The translations under genes and the position numbers were made by a program. DNA of 30,542 nt from Ranitomeya imitator (Eukaryota): the NCBI RefSeq assembly GCF_032444005.1. It is one part of the record NC_091285.1 of this genome. The stretch is one strand, 5' to 3'. The notes beneath the pieces are model-generated. The model saw only the letters and a list, made by a program, of their open reading frames with translations, did not search any database and had not been told where the DNA came from. This document shows positions 9,337 through 21,609 of the stretch, one piece after another. The stretch's first letter is position 1, and every line of letters begins with the position of its first letter.

Positions 9337-10724
9337 TTTTATTTATATAGCGCCAACATATTCCGCAGCGCTTTACAAATTATAGAGGGGACTTATACAG
9401 ACAATAGACATTACAGCATAACAGAAATACAGTTCAAAACAGATACCAGGAGGAGTGAGGGTCCTGCTGCTCGCAAGCTTACAAACTATGGGGAAAAGGG
9501 GAGACACGAGAGGTGGATGGTAACAATTGCTTTAGTTATTCGGACCAGCTATAGTGTAAGGCTCAGGTGTTCATGTAAAGCTGCATGAACCAGTTACCTG
9601 CCTAAGTATGTAGCAGTACAGACACAGAGGGCCAATACTGCATAAAGTGTATGAGAACATGATGCAAGGAACCTTTTTTTTTTTTTTTTTTTTTTATTAT
9701 AAATAGGCCACACAGGGATCGTTAGGTTAATGCATTGAGGCGGTAGGCCAGTCTGAACAAATGAGTTTTTAGGGTACGCTTAAAACTGTGGGGATTGGGG
9801 ATTAATCGTATTAACCTAGGTAGTGCATTCCAAAGAATCGGCGCAGCACGTGTAAAGTCTTGGAGACGGGAGTGGGAGGTTCTGATTATTGAGGATGCTA
9901 ACCTGAGGTCATTAGCGGAGCGGAGGGCACGGGTAGGGTGGTAGACTGATACCAGGGAGGAGATGTAGGGTGGTGCTGAGCCATGGAGTGCTTTGTGGAT
10001 GAGGGTAGTAGTTTTGTACTGGATTCTGGAGTGGATGGGTAGCCAGTGTAATGACTGGCACAGGGTAGAGGCATCGGTGTAACGGTTGGTGAGGAATATG
10101 ATCCTGGCTGCAGCATTCAGGACAGATTGGAGCGGGGAGAGTTTTGCAAGAGGGAGACCGATTAGTAGAGAGTTACAATAGTCCAGACGAGAATGAATAA
10201 GTGAAACAGTCAGAGTTTTTGCAGAGTCGAAAGTAAGAAAAGGGCGAATTCTAGAAATGTTTTTGAGATGCAGGTAAGAAGAGCGAGCCAGTGATCGGAT
10301 GTGGGGGGTGAATGAAAGGTCAGAATCAAGGATGACCCCAAGGCAGCGGGCATGTTGCTTTGGAGTAATGGTGGAACCGCACACGGAGATGGCAATGTCA
10401 GGCAAAGGTAGGTTAATAGAGGGAGAGAACACGAGGAGTTCAGTTTTTGACAGGTTCAGTTTCAGATAGAGGGAGGACATGATGTTAGAGACAGCGGTAA
10501 GACAATCACTGGTGTTGTCTAAAAAGGTCGGTGTGATATCGGGAGCAGAAGTGTATAATTGGGTGTCGTCAGCATAGAGATGGTACTGGAAACCAAATCT
10601 ACTGATTGTTTGTCCAATAGGGGCAGTATACAACGAGAAGAGTAGGGGGCCTAGGACTGATCCTTGAGGAACCCCAACAGTAAGGGGAAGGTGAGAGGAG
10701 GAGGAACCAGCAAAACATACAGTG
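9298..10724 (-). mobile_element. 5'-truncated L2 LINE (about 1.43 kb) inserted antisense in the PLE RT
   Basis: (ATT)n tail at 9298-9336, L2-type 3' UTR, RT C-terminus; AAAA at 9294-9297 and 10725-10728 is a possible short TSD; removal restores GYIK-DSKEV. Confidence 0.93.
9722..10724 (-). pseudogene. L2 ORF2 fragment (RT C-terminal half), open frame
   Basis: [62 protein letters not shown]; stop at 9722-9724; no 5' end. Confidence 0.92.
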
Positions 10725-10728
10725 AAAA

Positions 10729-12237
10729 GATTCCAAGGAGGTATTGCGTATTTTTGATGGTAAGATATGGCAGAGTAATTATTCGTGGCTTTGCTGCGAC
10801 GTTATATCTTTATATACATGCATCCCGCATGATCTGGCAATAAGAGCGATTCAATTTCATCTTGTAAAATTTAGTCATTACTCTGAGGATCTGATTGAAT
10901 ATGTGCTGATGGCAATACATTTTTTGCTAACTAGTAACTTTTTTTCATTTGATGGTCAATTCTTTGTACAGCAGGCTGGAGTGGCTATGGGTGCTAAATA
11001 CTCTCCCTCCCTCGCTAATTTAGTTATGTCCTTCTGGGAGATGGAGGTTGTTTTTTCCGTGACCAATCCGTATCTGGAATATGTGGCGTGGTATGGCAGA
11101 TACATTGATGATACACTCATTATATGGGAGGGTGATGTGTCTGCCATACCGCGCTTCATAGAGTATTTGAATCAGAATGATTACGATATTAGATTCACAT
11201 ACAGGACAAATAGCGAAAGTATATCATTCTTGGATCTGGAACTCACGGGGCATAAAGATCTAAACATCGTTACCAGAACATATCATAAGCCAGTAAGGGG
11301 TAACACAATACTGCATGCCAAAAGTAGCCACAGCAGGCACACAATCAAATCGATCCCGGTGGGTGAGTTCACCAGGATCAAACGGAATTGTAGTTTAGAA
11401 AGAGACCTTAAAGGTGAAATTGATCAAATAGCAAATAAATTGACATATCGGCAATACCCTCAATGGACAATTAACCGGGCCAAAAAAATAGTAGCAGGTA
11501 AGGAAGAATTAGTTACAGCACAAAAGCATAGTAACTTACAAATGGAACAAAAGCCATATATATGCCTTCAATATAGCCCGCAGTTTGCTAAAATTAAAGA
11601 TATTATCAACAGGTATTTACCTATTTTATATGAAGATCCCCAGTTGTATGATATACTCAATTCTGGCATTAATGTGGTATCGAGAAGAGCCCCGACCATT
11701 GGCAATAAAATAGCCCCTAGTCTGTTTTGCTCTAAGAACAAATCCATAAAAACCTGGTTAAATTACCCAGGATTTTTTAAGTGTGGCACACGTAATTGCA
11801 GCACCTGTAAATTTGCCAGCATTGAAAAGACTTTTTATAATGCGGATGAGACAATTAAATTCGATATAAAGCAGTACATAAATTGCAATTCTTGTAATGT
11901 GGTATACAAAATGCAGTGCACGGAGTGCAGCCTATCATATGGGGGCTGTACGTCCAGGAAATTAAAAACACGCATTAGGGAACACCTGTATGACATAGGT
12001 AACATTCAAAATGACAACAGGAATATATCAGCAGCATCTAAACATTTTGTTATGCATCATGCACGTAGCACGGTCACGTTCCAGGTCCAGGGAATCGAAC
12101 GGGTCAATACCCCTATCCGGGGTGGTGACATTAGACGTCGGCTTCTCACACGAGAAGCATATTGGATATTCCAATTGAATACCTGCGTCCCAACAGGATT
12201 AAATAAAAGACATGAAGTTATGTTACATTATTGCTGA
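10729..12237 (+). CDS. PLE RT ORF, part 2: RT core, thumb, Cys linker and GIY-YIG endonuclease
   Basis: DSKEVLRIF...[11 protein letters not shown]...GVAMGA...RYIDD...FLDL...CGTRNCSTC...VVY...YGG...REH...GLN; no stops; same frame as part 1. Confidence 0.93.
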   Translation, partial: DSKEVLRIFDGKIWQSNYSWLCCDVISLYTCIPHDLAIRAIQFHLVKFSHYSEDLIEYVLMAIHFLLTSNFFSFDGQFFVQQAGVAMGAKYSPSLANLVMSFWEMEVVFSVTNPYLEYVAWYGRYIDDTLIIWEGDVSAIPRFIEYLNQNDYDIRFTYRTNSESISFLDLELTGHKDLNIVTRTYHKPVRGNTILHAKSSHSRHTIKSIPVGEFTRIKRNCSLERDLKGEIDQIANKLTYRQYPQWTINRAKKIVAGKEELVTAQKHSNLQMEQKPYICLQYSPQFAKIKDIINRYLPILYEDPQLYDILNSGINVVSRRAPTIGNKIAPSLFCSKNKSIKTWLNYPGFFKCGTRNCSTCKFASIEKTFYNADETIKFDIKQYINCNSCNVVYKMQCTECSLSYGGCTSRKLKTRIREHLYDIGNIQNDNRNISAASKHFVMHHARSTVTFQVQGIERVNTPIRGGDIRRRLLTREAYWIFQLNTCVPTGLNKRHEVMLHYC

Positions 12238-12613
12238 ATGTGATTTTAATTTTCTCTTTTTTTTCTTATGTTGTTATAAATGTTATAATGATTTTAGACA
12301 AAAGGACCTGTCAAATTGGGTGAGCCTCCTTATAAGTAGGAGAAGCTGCCTGATCCAGGTATGGCTCTGATAAAGATCACTTTGATCGAAACGCGTTGTC
12401 GTTTATCTCTGCTATCCCAGGCACTTACCGTTGGGAGTCTGTACACCATGGACATTTGGATTTTATATTTGGATTCAATAAATACATTGTTTTAAGGAGC
12501 TGGAACTCAATCCTTTGCTTTTCTGATGATCGGATCGTCCTCCTGCAGCGGAGTTCCGTGCACCTGCGGTGATTTACCGGTGAGCTGCCTACAAACCCCC
12601 TTCTTTTTGTTTA
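11506..12613 (+). repeat. PLE 3' repeat (counterpart of 4677-5813)
   Basis: Direct repeat; ends about 33 nt into the putative intron (donor at 12580). Confidence 0.95.
12361..12402 (+). ncRNA. Degenerate hammerhead-like motif (3' repeat)
   Basis: ATGGCTCTGATAAAGATCACTTTGATCGAAACGCGTTGTCGT; differs from the first copy in the stem II loop and stem I. Confidence 0.5.
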
Positions 12614-12991
12614 CAGTATAATATGCCCCATATAATGCTCCATACAGTATAATATGCCCCATATAATGCTCCATACAGTATAATATGCCCCATATAATGC
12701 TCCATACAGTATAATATGCCCCATATAATGCTCCATACAGTATAATATGCCCCATATAATGCTCCATACAGTATAATATGCCCCATATAATGCTCCATAC
12801 AGTATAATATGCCCCATATAATGCTCCATACAGTATAATATGCCCCATATAATGCTCCATACAGTATAATATGCCCCATATAATGCTCCATACAGTATAA
12901 TATGCCCCATATAATGCTCCATACAGTATAATATGCCCCATATAATGCTCCATACAGTATAATATGCCCCATATAATGCTCCATACAGTAT
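12614..12991. repeat. 31-bp minisatellite, variant C (CAGTATAATATGCCCCATATAATGCTCCATA), about 12 identical copies
   Basis: Perfect 31-nt periodicity. Confidence 0.97.
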
Positions 12992-13189
12992 GTTATACTG
13001 TGATCACTACAGGACGGAGAATGAGGGCTGCACCTGATACCTGGGATCTGCCTGGAGCAAGTGATGGATCAACCATGTGACAAACTAAAAAGAAGCCTCT
13101 TCTGGACACAGGGATCAGAAGAGATCAAACGAGCCGTCATGACAGCCGTCTGCCCAATTAGAGGACAAAATAGCCTAAAGAGAGCACAA

Positions 13190-13272
13190 TGGGGTCTCCG
13201 TATGTGGGGTCTCTGCACGTGGGGTCTCCGCACAAGTGGTCTCCGCACAAGAGGTCTCTGCACTTGGGGTCT
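13190..13272. repeat. Short 15-bp tandem repeat (TGGGGTCTCYGCAC-like), about 5-6 copies
   Basis: GGTCTC(C/T)GCAC recurs every 15 nt. Confidence 0.8.
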
Positions 13273-13689
13273 ATAATAAGTCCAGACGTGTGAGTGCAAA
13301 TATCACTAGCGTCCACTACCATCACTGTACACGGACGATCCTCCTATGTGTATGGAGATCATAGCCAACGGCAAAACCAGGGAAGTGATGGCACAACCGT
13401 GCACCATGTCCTCTTAGCAATGTGCCGCTATCATCCATCAGAAAAACAGAAAAAATGCTACATAAAAAATTACTGGTGGACACAACTGTGAAGCACAGAA
13501 TGGTGTCAACAGCAGAAAAGTCCTCCAGCTGCCATTGTGGAGCAGGATGGTCAATATGTAAGTGGCTGGAGGAGGCAGCGGGGCAGAGTGTTTCACCATA
13601 CACTGTGGCTTCCTCAGGGGTCTGTGCATGCGCTGTATGTCAGGCTGCCTTCACTCCTCAGTGTCAGGTACCTGCGATAACAGTTTTCA

Positions 13690-14477
13690 CACGTACCGGG
13701 GACACTGACACATGTAGACACAGTCAAGTGAATGGGTCTGCACATCTCACTGTGTTTCCATGGACCGTGTGTCCGTGGGCAAAACACGCTGACATGTCCA
13801 TTTTTTCAACAGCAGCACTGGCTGTAAAATGACCTGCACACGTCTGAGACATGGATTATATCCCTGTGTCATCAGTGTAACACGTATCGGTGCCTGGGAA
13901 TCAGTGGTAATGTCCGCGCTGTTCCCCGGTGCCAGATGCTGAACACGGCTCTCATTACTCTCCCCTGCTCTGCCGGCGATCAGCGCTAGCAGGGGAGAAT
14001 GATGAGAGTTATATTCAACTGATAACAGTGAGAGCAGTCGGCGGCTGATGGGAGTATTCATCACCCACCGCCTGCACTAAAAATAAATAAAAAATCCTGC
14101 CTGGGTTCCCTTGTATTTTTGACAACCAGCTTTTCCTGAAGCAGACAGCTGCGGGCTGGTATTCTCAGGCTGGTAAGAGGCCACGGATATTGATCCCCTG
14201 CCCAAAAATAGCAGCACACAGCTGCCCAGAGAAGGCACATCTATTAGATGCACCAATTCTAGCGCTTTGCCTGCCTCTTCCCACTTGCCCTGTAGAGGTG
14301 ACAAGTGGGGTTCATATTTGTGGGGTTGATGTCACCTTTATTAAAAAACAACAATATCCCTCACCTGTCCGTCGTTCTGTCCCACACCGTAATCCATGTC
14401 TGGGGGATAAAGTTCTCAACCTGGACGGTGCCAAGATGCGACCATCCAGGCTGAGAACCACTGGGGAATGAGCTGGT
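13690..14477. mobile_element. Degraded non-autonomous DNA-transposon or MITE-like sequence flanking the 111-bp array
   Basis: Short imperfect inverted motifs (CTCCCCTGCT...AGCAGGGGAG; ACACG/CGTGT) resembling amphibian interspersed repeats; no clean termini found. Confidence 0.3.
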
Positions 14478-16692
14478 GTGAGCGTAGCCTCAGTGGCTGG
14501 GGGTGACATCATAGAGGTTACCTCCGGTCACTGAGGCTGTGTTCCCAGCTGGCCTGAACTACTGTGACCTTGGTGAGATCTCTGCTAGCACCGTGAGCGC
14601 TTAGTGACCGGCGGTGATGTCATAGAGGTTACCTCCAGTCACTGAGGCTGCTTTCCCAGCCGGCCTGAACTGCTGTGACCTCGGTGAGATCCTCGCTAGT
14701 ACGGTGAGCGCTCAGTGGCCAGCGGTGACATCATTGAGGTTACCTCCGGTCACTGAGGCTGCGTTCCCAGCCGGCTTGAACTGCTGTGACCTCGGTGAGA
14801 TCCTCGCTAGTACCGTGAGCGCTCAGTGGCCGGTGGTAACGTCATTGAGGTTACCTCCGGTCACTGAGGCAGCGTTCCCAGCCGGCCTGAACTGCTGTGA
14901 CCTTGGTGAGATCCTCGCTAGCACCGTGAGCGTTCAGTGGCCGGCGGTGACGTCATTGAGGTTACCTCCGGTCACTGAGGCTGTGTTCCAAGCTGGCTTG
15001 AACTGCTGTGACGTTGGTGATATCTCCACTAGCACTATGAGCACTCAGTGGCCAGGGGTGACGTAATTGAGGTTACCTCCGGTCACTGAGGCTGCGTTCC
15101 CAGCTGGCCTGAACTGTGACCTCGGTGAGATCCTCGCCAGCACCGTGAGCGCTCAGTGGCCGGCGGTGACGTCATTGAGGTTACCTCCGGTCACTGAGGC
15201 TGTGTTCCCAGCTGGCTTGAACTGCTGTGACGTTGGTGATATCTCCACTAGCACTATGAGCACTCAGTGGCCAGGGGTGACGTAATTGAGGTTACCTCCG
15301 GTCACTGAGGCTGCGTTCCCAGCTGGCCTGAACTGTGACCTCGGTGAGATCCTCGCCAGCACCGTGAGCGCTCAGTGGCCGGCGGTGACGTCATTGAGGT
15401 TACCTCCGGTCACTGAGGCTGTGTTCCCAGCCGGCTTGAACTGCTGTGACCTCGGTGAGATCCTCGCTAGTACCGTGAGCGCTCAGTGGCCGGCGGTGAC
15501 GTCATTGAGGTTACCTCCGGTCACTGAGGCTGTGTTCCCAGCCAGCCTGAACTACTGTTACCTCAGTGAGATCATCGCTAGCACCGTGATCGCTCAGTGG
15601 CCGGCGGTGACGTCATTGAGGTTACCTCCGGTCACTAAGGCTGCGTTCCCAGCCGGCCTGAACTGCTGTGACGTCGGTGAGATCCTCGCTAGCACCATGA
15701 GCGCTCAGTGGCTGGCGGTGACATAATTGAGGTTACCTCCGGTCACTGAGGCTGTGTTCCCAGCCGGCTTGAACTGCTGTGATGTCGGTGAGATCCTCGC
15801 TAGCACCGTGAGCGCTCAGTGGCCAGCGGTGACATTGAGGTTACCTCTGGTCACTGAGGCTGCGTTCCCAGCCGGCCTGAACTGCTGTGACCTCGGTGAG
15901 ATCCTCGCTAGTACCGTGAGCGCTCAGTGGCCAGCGGTGACATCATTGAGGTTACCTCCGGTCACTGAGGCTGCGTTCCCAGCCGGCTTGAACTGTTGTG
16001 ACCTCGGTGAGATCCTCGCTAGTACCGTGAGCGCTCAGTGGCCGGCGGTGACGTCATTGAGGTTACCTCTGGTCACTGAGGCTGCGTTCCCAGCCGGCTT
16101 GAAATGCTGTGACCTCGGTGAGATCCTCGCTAGTACCGTGAGCGCTCAGTGGCCGGCGGTGACGTCATTGAGGTTACCTCCGGTCACTGAGGCTGTGTTC
16201 CCAGCCAGCCTGAACTACTGTGACCTCGGTGAGATCATCGATAGCACCGTGATCGCTCAGTGGCCGGCGGTGACGTCATTGAGGTTACCTCCGGTCACTG
16301 AGGCTGCGTTCCCAGCCGGCCTGAACTGCTGTGACGTCGGTGAGATCCTCGCTAGCACCGTGAGCGCTCAGTGGCCGGCGGTGACATCATTGAGGTTACC
16401 TCCGGTCACTGAGGCTGTGTTCCCAGCCGGCTTGAACTGCTGTGATGTCGGTGAGATCCTCGCTAGCACCGTGAGCGCTCAGTGGCCAGCGGTGACATTG
16501 AGGTTACCTCTGGTCACTGAGGCTGCGTTCCCAGCCGGCCTGAACTGCTGTGACCTTGGTGAGATCCTCGCTAGCACCGTGAGCGCTCAGTGACCGGCGG
16601 TGATGTCATGGAGGTTACCTCCGGTCACTGAGGCTGTGTTCCCAGCCGGCTTGAACTGCTATGACGTCGGTGAGATCTCTGCTAGCACCGTG
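14478..16692. repeat. 111-bp GC-rich tandem array, about 20 copies, each with an internal hairpin
   Basis: Unit TGAGGTTACCTCCGGTCACTGAGGCTGCGTTCCCAGCCGGCCTGAACTGCTGTGACCTCGGTGAGATCCTCGCTAGCACCGTGAGCGCTCAGTGGCCGGCGGTGACGTCAT; 108-bp variants; block duplications at offsets 219 and 663. Confidence 0.96.
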
Positions 16693-16743
16693 GGAAAAAG
16701 TCACTGAGTTCCCTCAGTTGGTCTCAATGTTTTCACCGCAGAT

Positions 16744-16804
16744 CAGCCTCAGTGACCAGAGGTAACCTCGATGATGTCACCGCCGGTCACTGATGCTGCG
16801 CTCA
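16744..16804 (-). repeat. Inverted partial copy of the 111-bp unit
   Basis: Reverse complement reads TCAGTGACCGGCGGTGACATCATCGAGGTTACCTCTGGTCACTGAGGCTG. Confidence 0.85.
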
Positions 16805-16807
16805 TGA

Positions 16808-18140
16808 GTAACATATAGTAACATAGTAACATAGTTAGTAAGGCCGAAAAAAGACATTTGTCCATCCAGTTCAGCCTATATTCCATCATAATAAATTCCC
16901 AGATCTACGTCCTTCTACAGAACCTAATTGTACGATACAATATTGTTCTGCTCCAGGAAGACATCCAGGCCTCTCTTGAACCCCTCGACTGAGTTCGCCA
17001 TCACCACCTCCTCAGGCAAGCAATTCCAGATTCTCACTGCCCTAACAGTAAAGAATCCTCTTCTATGTTGGTGGAAAAACCTTCTCTCCTCCAGACGCAA
17101 AGAATGCCCCCTTGTGCCCGTCACCTTCCTTGGTATAAACAGATCCTCAGCGAGATATTTGTATTGTCCCCTTATATACTTATACATGGTTATTAGATCG
17201 CCCCTCAGTCGTCTTTTTTCTAGACTAAATAATCCTAATTTTGCTAATCTATCTGGGTATTGTAGTTCTCCCATCCCCTTTATTAATTTTGTTGCCCTCC
17301 TTTGTACTCTCTCTAGTTCCATTATATCCTTCCTGAGCACCGGTGCCCAAAACTGGACACAGTACTCCATGTGCGGTCTAACTAGGGATTTGTACAGAGG
17401 CAGTATAATGCTCTCATCATGTGTATCCAGACCTCTTTTAATGCACCCCATGATCCTGTTTGCCTTGGCAGCTGCTGCCTGGCACTGGCTGCTCCAGGTA
17501 AGTTTATCATTAACTAGGATCCCCAAGTCCTTCTCCCTGTCAGATTTACCCAGTGGTTTCCCGTTCAGTGTGTAATGGTGATATTGATTCCTTCTTCCCA
17601 TGTGTATAACCTTACATTTATCATTGTTAAACCTCATCTGCCACCTTTCAGCCCAAGTTTCCAACTTATCCAGATCCATCTGTAGCAGAATACTATCTTC
17701 TCTTGTATTAACTGCTTTACATAGTTTTGTATCATCTGCAAATATTGATATTTTACTGTGTAAACCTTCTACCAGATCATTAATGAATATGTTGAAGAGA
17801 ACAGGTCCCAATACTGACCCCTGCGGTACCCCACTGGTCACAGCGACCCAGTTAGAGACTATACCATTTATAACCACCCTCTGCTTTCTATCACTAAGCC
17901 AGTTACTAACCCATTTACACACATTTTCCCCCAGACCAAGCATTCTCATTTTGTGTACCAACCTCTTGTGCGGCACGGTATCAAACGCTTTGGAAAAATC
18001 GAGATATACCACGTCCAATGACTCACCGTGGTCCAGTCTATAGCTTACCTCTTCATAAAAACTGATTAGATTGGTTTGACAGGAGCGATTTCTCATAAAC
18101 CCATGCTGATATGGAGTTAAACAGTTGATATGGAGTTAAA
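16808..18140 (-). mobile_element. 5'-truncated CR1 LINE (about 1.33 kb)
   Basis: (CTATGTTA)n 8-mer tail at 16808-16836; short 3' UTR with ATAGGCTGAACTGGATGGAC; CR1-type RT C-terminus; 15-bp duplication at the 5' junction. Confidence 0.94.
16924..18125 (-). pseudogene. CR1 ORF2 fragment (RT domain to C-terminus), open frame
   Basis: [87 protein letters not shown]; stop at 16924. Confidence 0.94.
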
Positions 18141-18216
18141 TCAGAGTGATTTGGAAAACTGCTGCGTTTTAAGAAACTGCAGCTCTTCACTTCTCTCAAT
18201 TTTTTTTTCACAGTAA

Positions 18217-18423
18217 GGGTATGTGTCCACGTTCAGGATTGCATCAGGATTTGGTCAGGATTTTCCATCAGTTTTTGTAAGCCAAAACCAGGAGTGGATG
18301 AAGTTGTGCATATGTTTCTATTATACTTTTCCGCTAATTGTTCCACTCCTGGTTTTGGCTTACAAAAACTGATGGAAAATCCTGACCAAATCCTGATGCA
18401 ATCCTGAACGTGGACACATACCT
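18217..18423. mobile_element. Palindromic MITE, PIF/Harbinger (Tourist)-like, 207 bp
   Basis: 82-bp inverted arms (18217-18298, 18342-18423) starting GGGTATGTGTCCACG, only the terminal base mismatched; TAA at 18214-18216 and 18424-18426. Confidence 0.85.
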
Positions 18424-18429
18424 TAACAG

Positions 18430-18915
18430 GTGAGTGTAGAAACGCAGGTATTAGGTTTTGCTGCATTTTGCGTGCAAAAACCTTAAGGAAGTTGCATCAG
18501 GCTTTTTTGGGGGACACTAAACTTTACCAGCATCAAAAAGAAACAGCAAAAAAGCAGCAAATCAGCAGCAAAACCTTTTTTTTTTTAAAGCTTTTGCAAG
18601 CATCATATTTACTGCCATGAGAGCAGGTTTTGCCTGTGGAAAAACCCCCCAGCAAGAACCCAATGTGTGAACACAGCCTTAGACGTAGGAGAGTGACCAT
18701 GGTGGAAACGGCAACTCTAGACTTAGCGTGTGTACACTTAAAATGGCATTGCTGCACGTGTGCATAGAGACACTGCACCCGCGTCAGATCGACTAACGAG
18801 TGTCGCAGCTTGCGCATCCGCCCATGCAGATTCAGCGCATGCATATATCTACTGACAGTATGGTGCATGCGCACAGAGCATCCACTCATTGGCGCATACC
18901 GCGCGTGCGCTAACG
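18430..18915. mobile_element. Degraded MITE-like remnants
   Basis: A Harbinger-like end GTGTGAACACAGCC-TTA near 18666-18680 and a GCGCAT-rich segment at 18800-18912; partner ends not found. Confidence 0.3.
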
Positions 18916-19120
18916 TAGGACGAATAGGCAATGGGGCGTGCGCAAACCGAATATAACAAAATACATAGGATGCAGCATCATATCAATTAACGGCACATTT
19001 TCCAGAAAGGAAGAATAAGCATCAGATCTCAGACACGTGGCGCGGATCAGGACGTGATGGTGGTAAATCCAAAATGCACTGAAAGCGCGGGAGATAAGTG
19101 CAACATACGTGCAGAAGCTG

Positions 19121-19293
19121 AAAAATGCATAAACAAAGCATACGCCAAAAAAATGCATAACACAAACACAGCATACTCCAAAAATGCATAATATATAAAC
19201 ACAGCATATGCCAAAAATACATAATAAACACAGCATACGCCAAAAATGCATAATATATAAAAATACATAAACAGCATACGCCAAAAAATGCAA
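19121..19293. repeat. Degenerate tandem repeat of about 26-41 bp (AAAAATGCATAA...AAACACAGCATACGCC), about 5 copies
   Basis: CAGCATA(C/T)GCCAAAAA recurs. Confidence 0.8.
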
Positions 19294-19966
19294 TAAGCAG
19301 CTTATTGGATAGAAACTGACAAAGCAATGGAAATTGTGTCACAAAAGACGAATTCCGACTCCAGATCTGATCCTGCCTTCATATAAGATGTAACAGGGTC
19401 TAACAGAAGACGACACAGGGAAATATGGCAGGGAATGGATTCACAGTCCAGCAAATTGCACTTATGTACATATATCAGTACGGGTGAATTCATAGGCACA
19501 ATATATCACATAGAGAATGCACGCACATGTATACAGGCAGATGGGCATCATCTACTGACGAGGGGAGCGCCCAAAACACTGTCTGCAAATGAAGATTCTG
19601 ATTTGGCTTTTATCCTCAGTCACATTGCAAGACTCGTTAAAGGGTCGATAGTGACTTTTAGAATCGGAGCTTCCAAAAGGTGGCGCTATAGAGTCCAAGT
19701 AATCTTCCTCTCTGAAGAGGCAATTTACATACAGAATTTATATAACCATTCATAAAAAGGTGCACAAATAACTGCACTGCAGAGACCCTCCTCCATGTAA
19801 CTGACAGCAGCTGCCACCAGGGGGAGCACGACCTCTAATGTGTGCAGCCAGCAACCAGAAAGTGATTTAACATTGCAATAGTGGTGCAAGGTTTCCCTCT
19901 GGTGTCAGCACTGAGAATTACCCAAACACATAAAAGTCTGTACATCTAGGACCAAAAATAGATCTA

Positions 19967-21572
<1,606 letters not shown>

Positions 21573-21609
21573 TATATATAAAAGTACTCCCCAAATTACA
21601 GTGTCTGTC

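Larger units (their letters stand above)
4677..12613 (+). mobile_element. Penelope-like retroelement (probably Neptune-type) in partial-tandem pseudo-LTR form, with nested Tc1 and L2 insertions
   Basis: 4677-5813 repeats directly at 11506-12613. PLE RT motifs ([49 protein letters not shown]); Cys-rich linker CGTRNCSTC; GIY-YIG-type endonuclease (VVY...YGG.T.R.L..RIREH...E). TACAGTATAATATG flanks both ends (4664-4677, 12612-12625). Confidence 0.93.

Noticed and set aside
9298-9588. Poly-Asn tract and C-terminal tail of the 379-aa ORF
   Set aside because: Read-through from the PLE RT into the antisense (AAT)n tail and 3' UTR of the L2.
13061-13832. Several short ORFs and a GTAAGT donor near 13558 as a possible host exon
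   Set aside because: No recognisable protein motif in any frame I read and no convincing acceptor; a weak exon cannot be fully excluded without RNA data.
16928-18043. Plus-strand ORFs of 215 and 147 aa
   Set aside because: Antisense shadows of the CR1 RT frame; the same applies to 6886-7626 opposite the Tc1 transposase.
19435-19755. 106-aa ORF in the unique-looking region
   Set aside because: No recognisable domain, splice context or codon pattern; length is compatible with chance.
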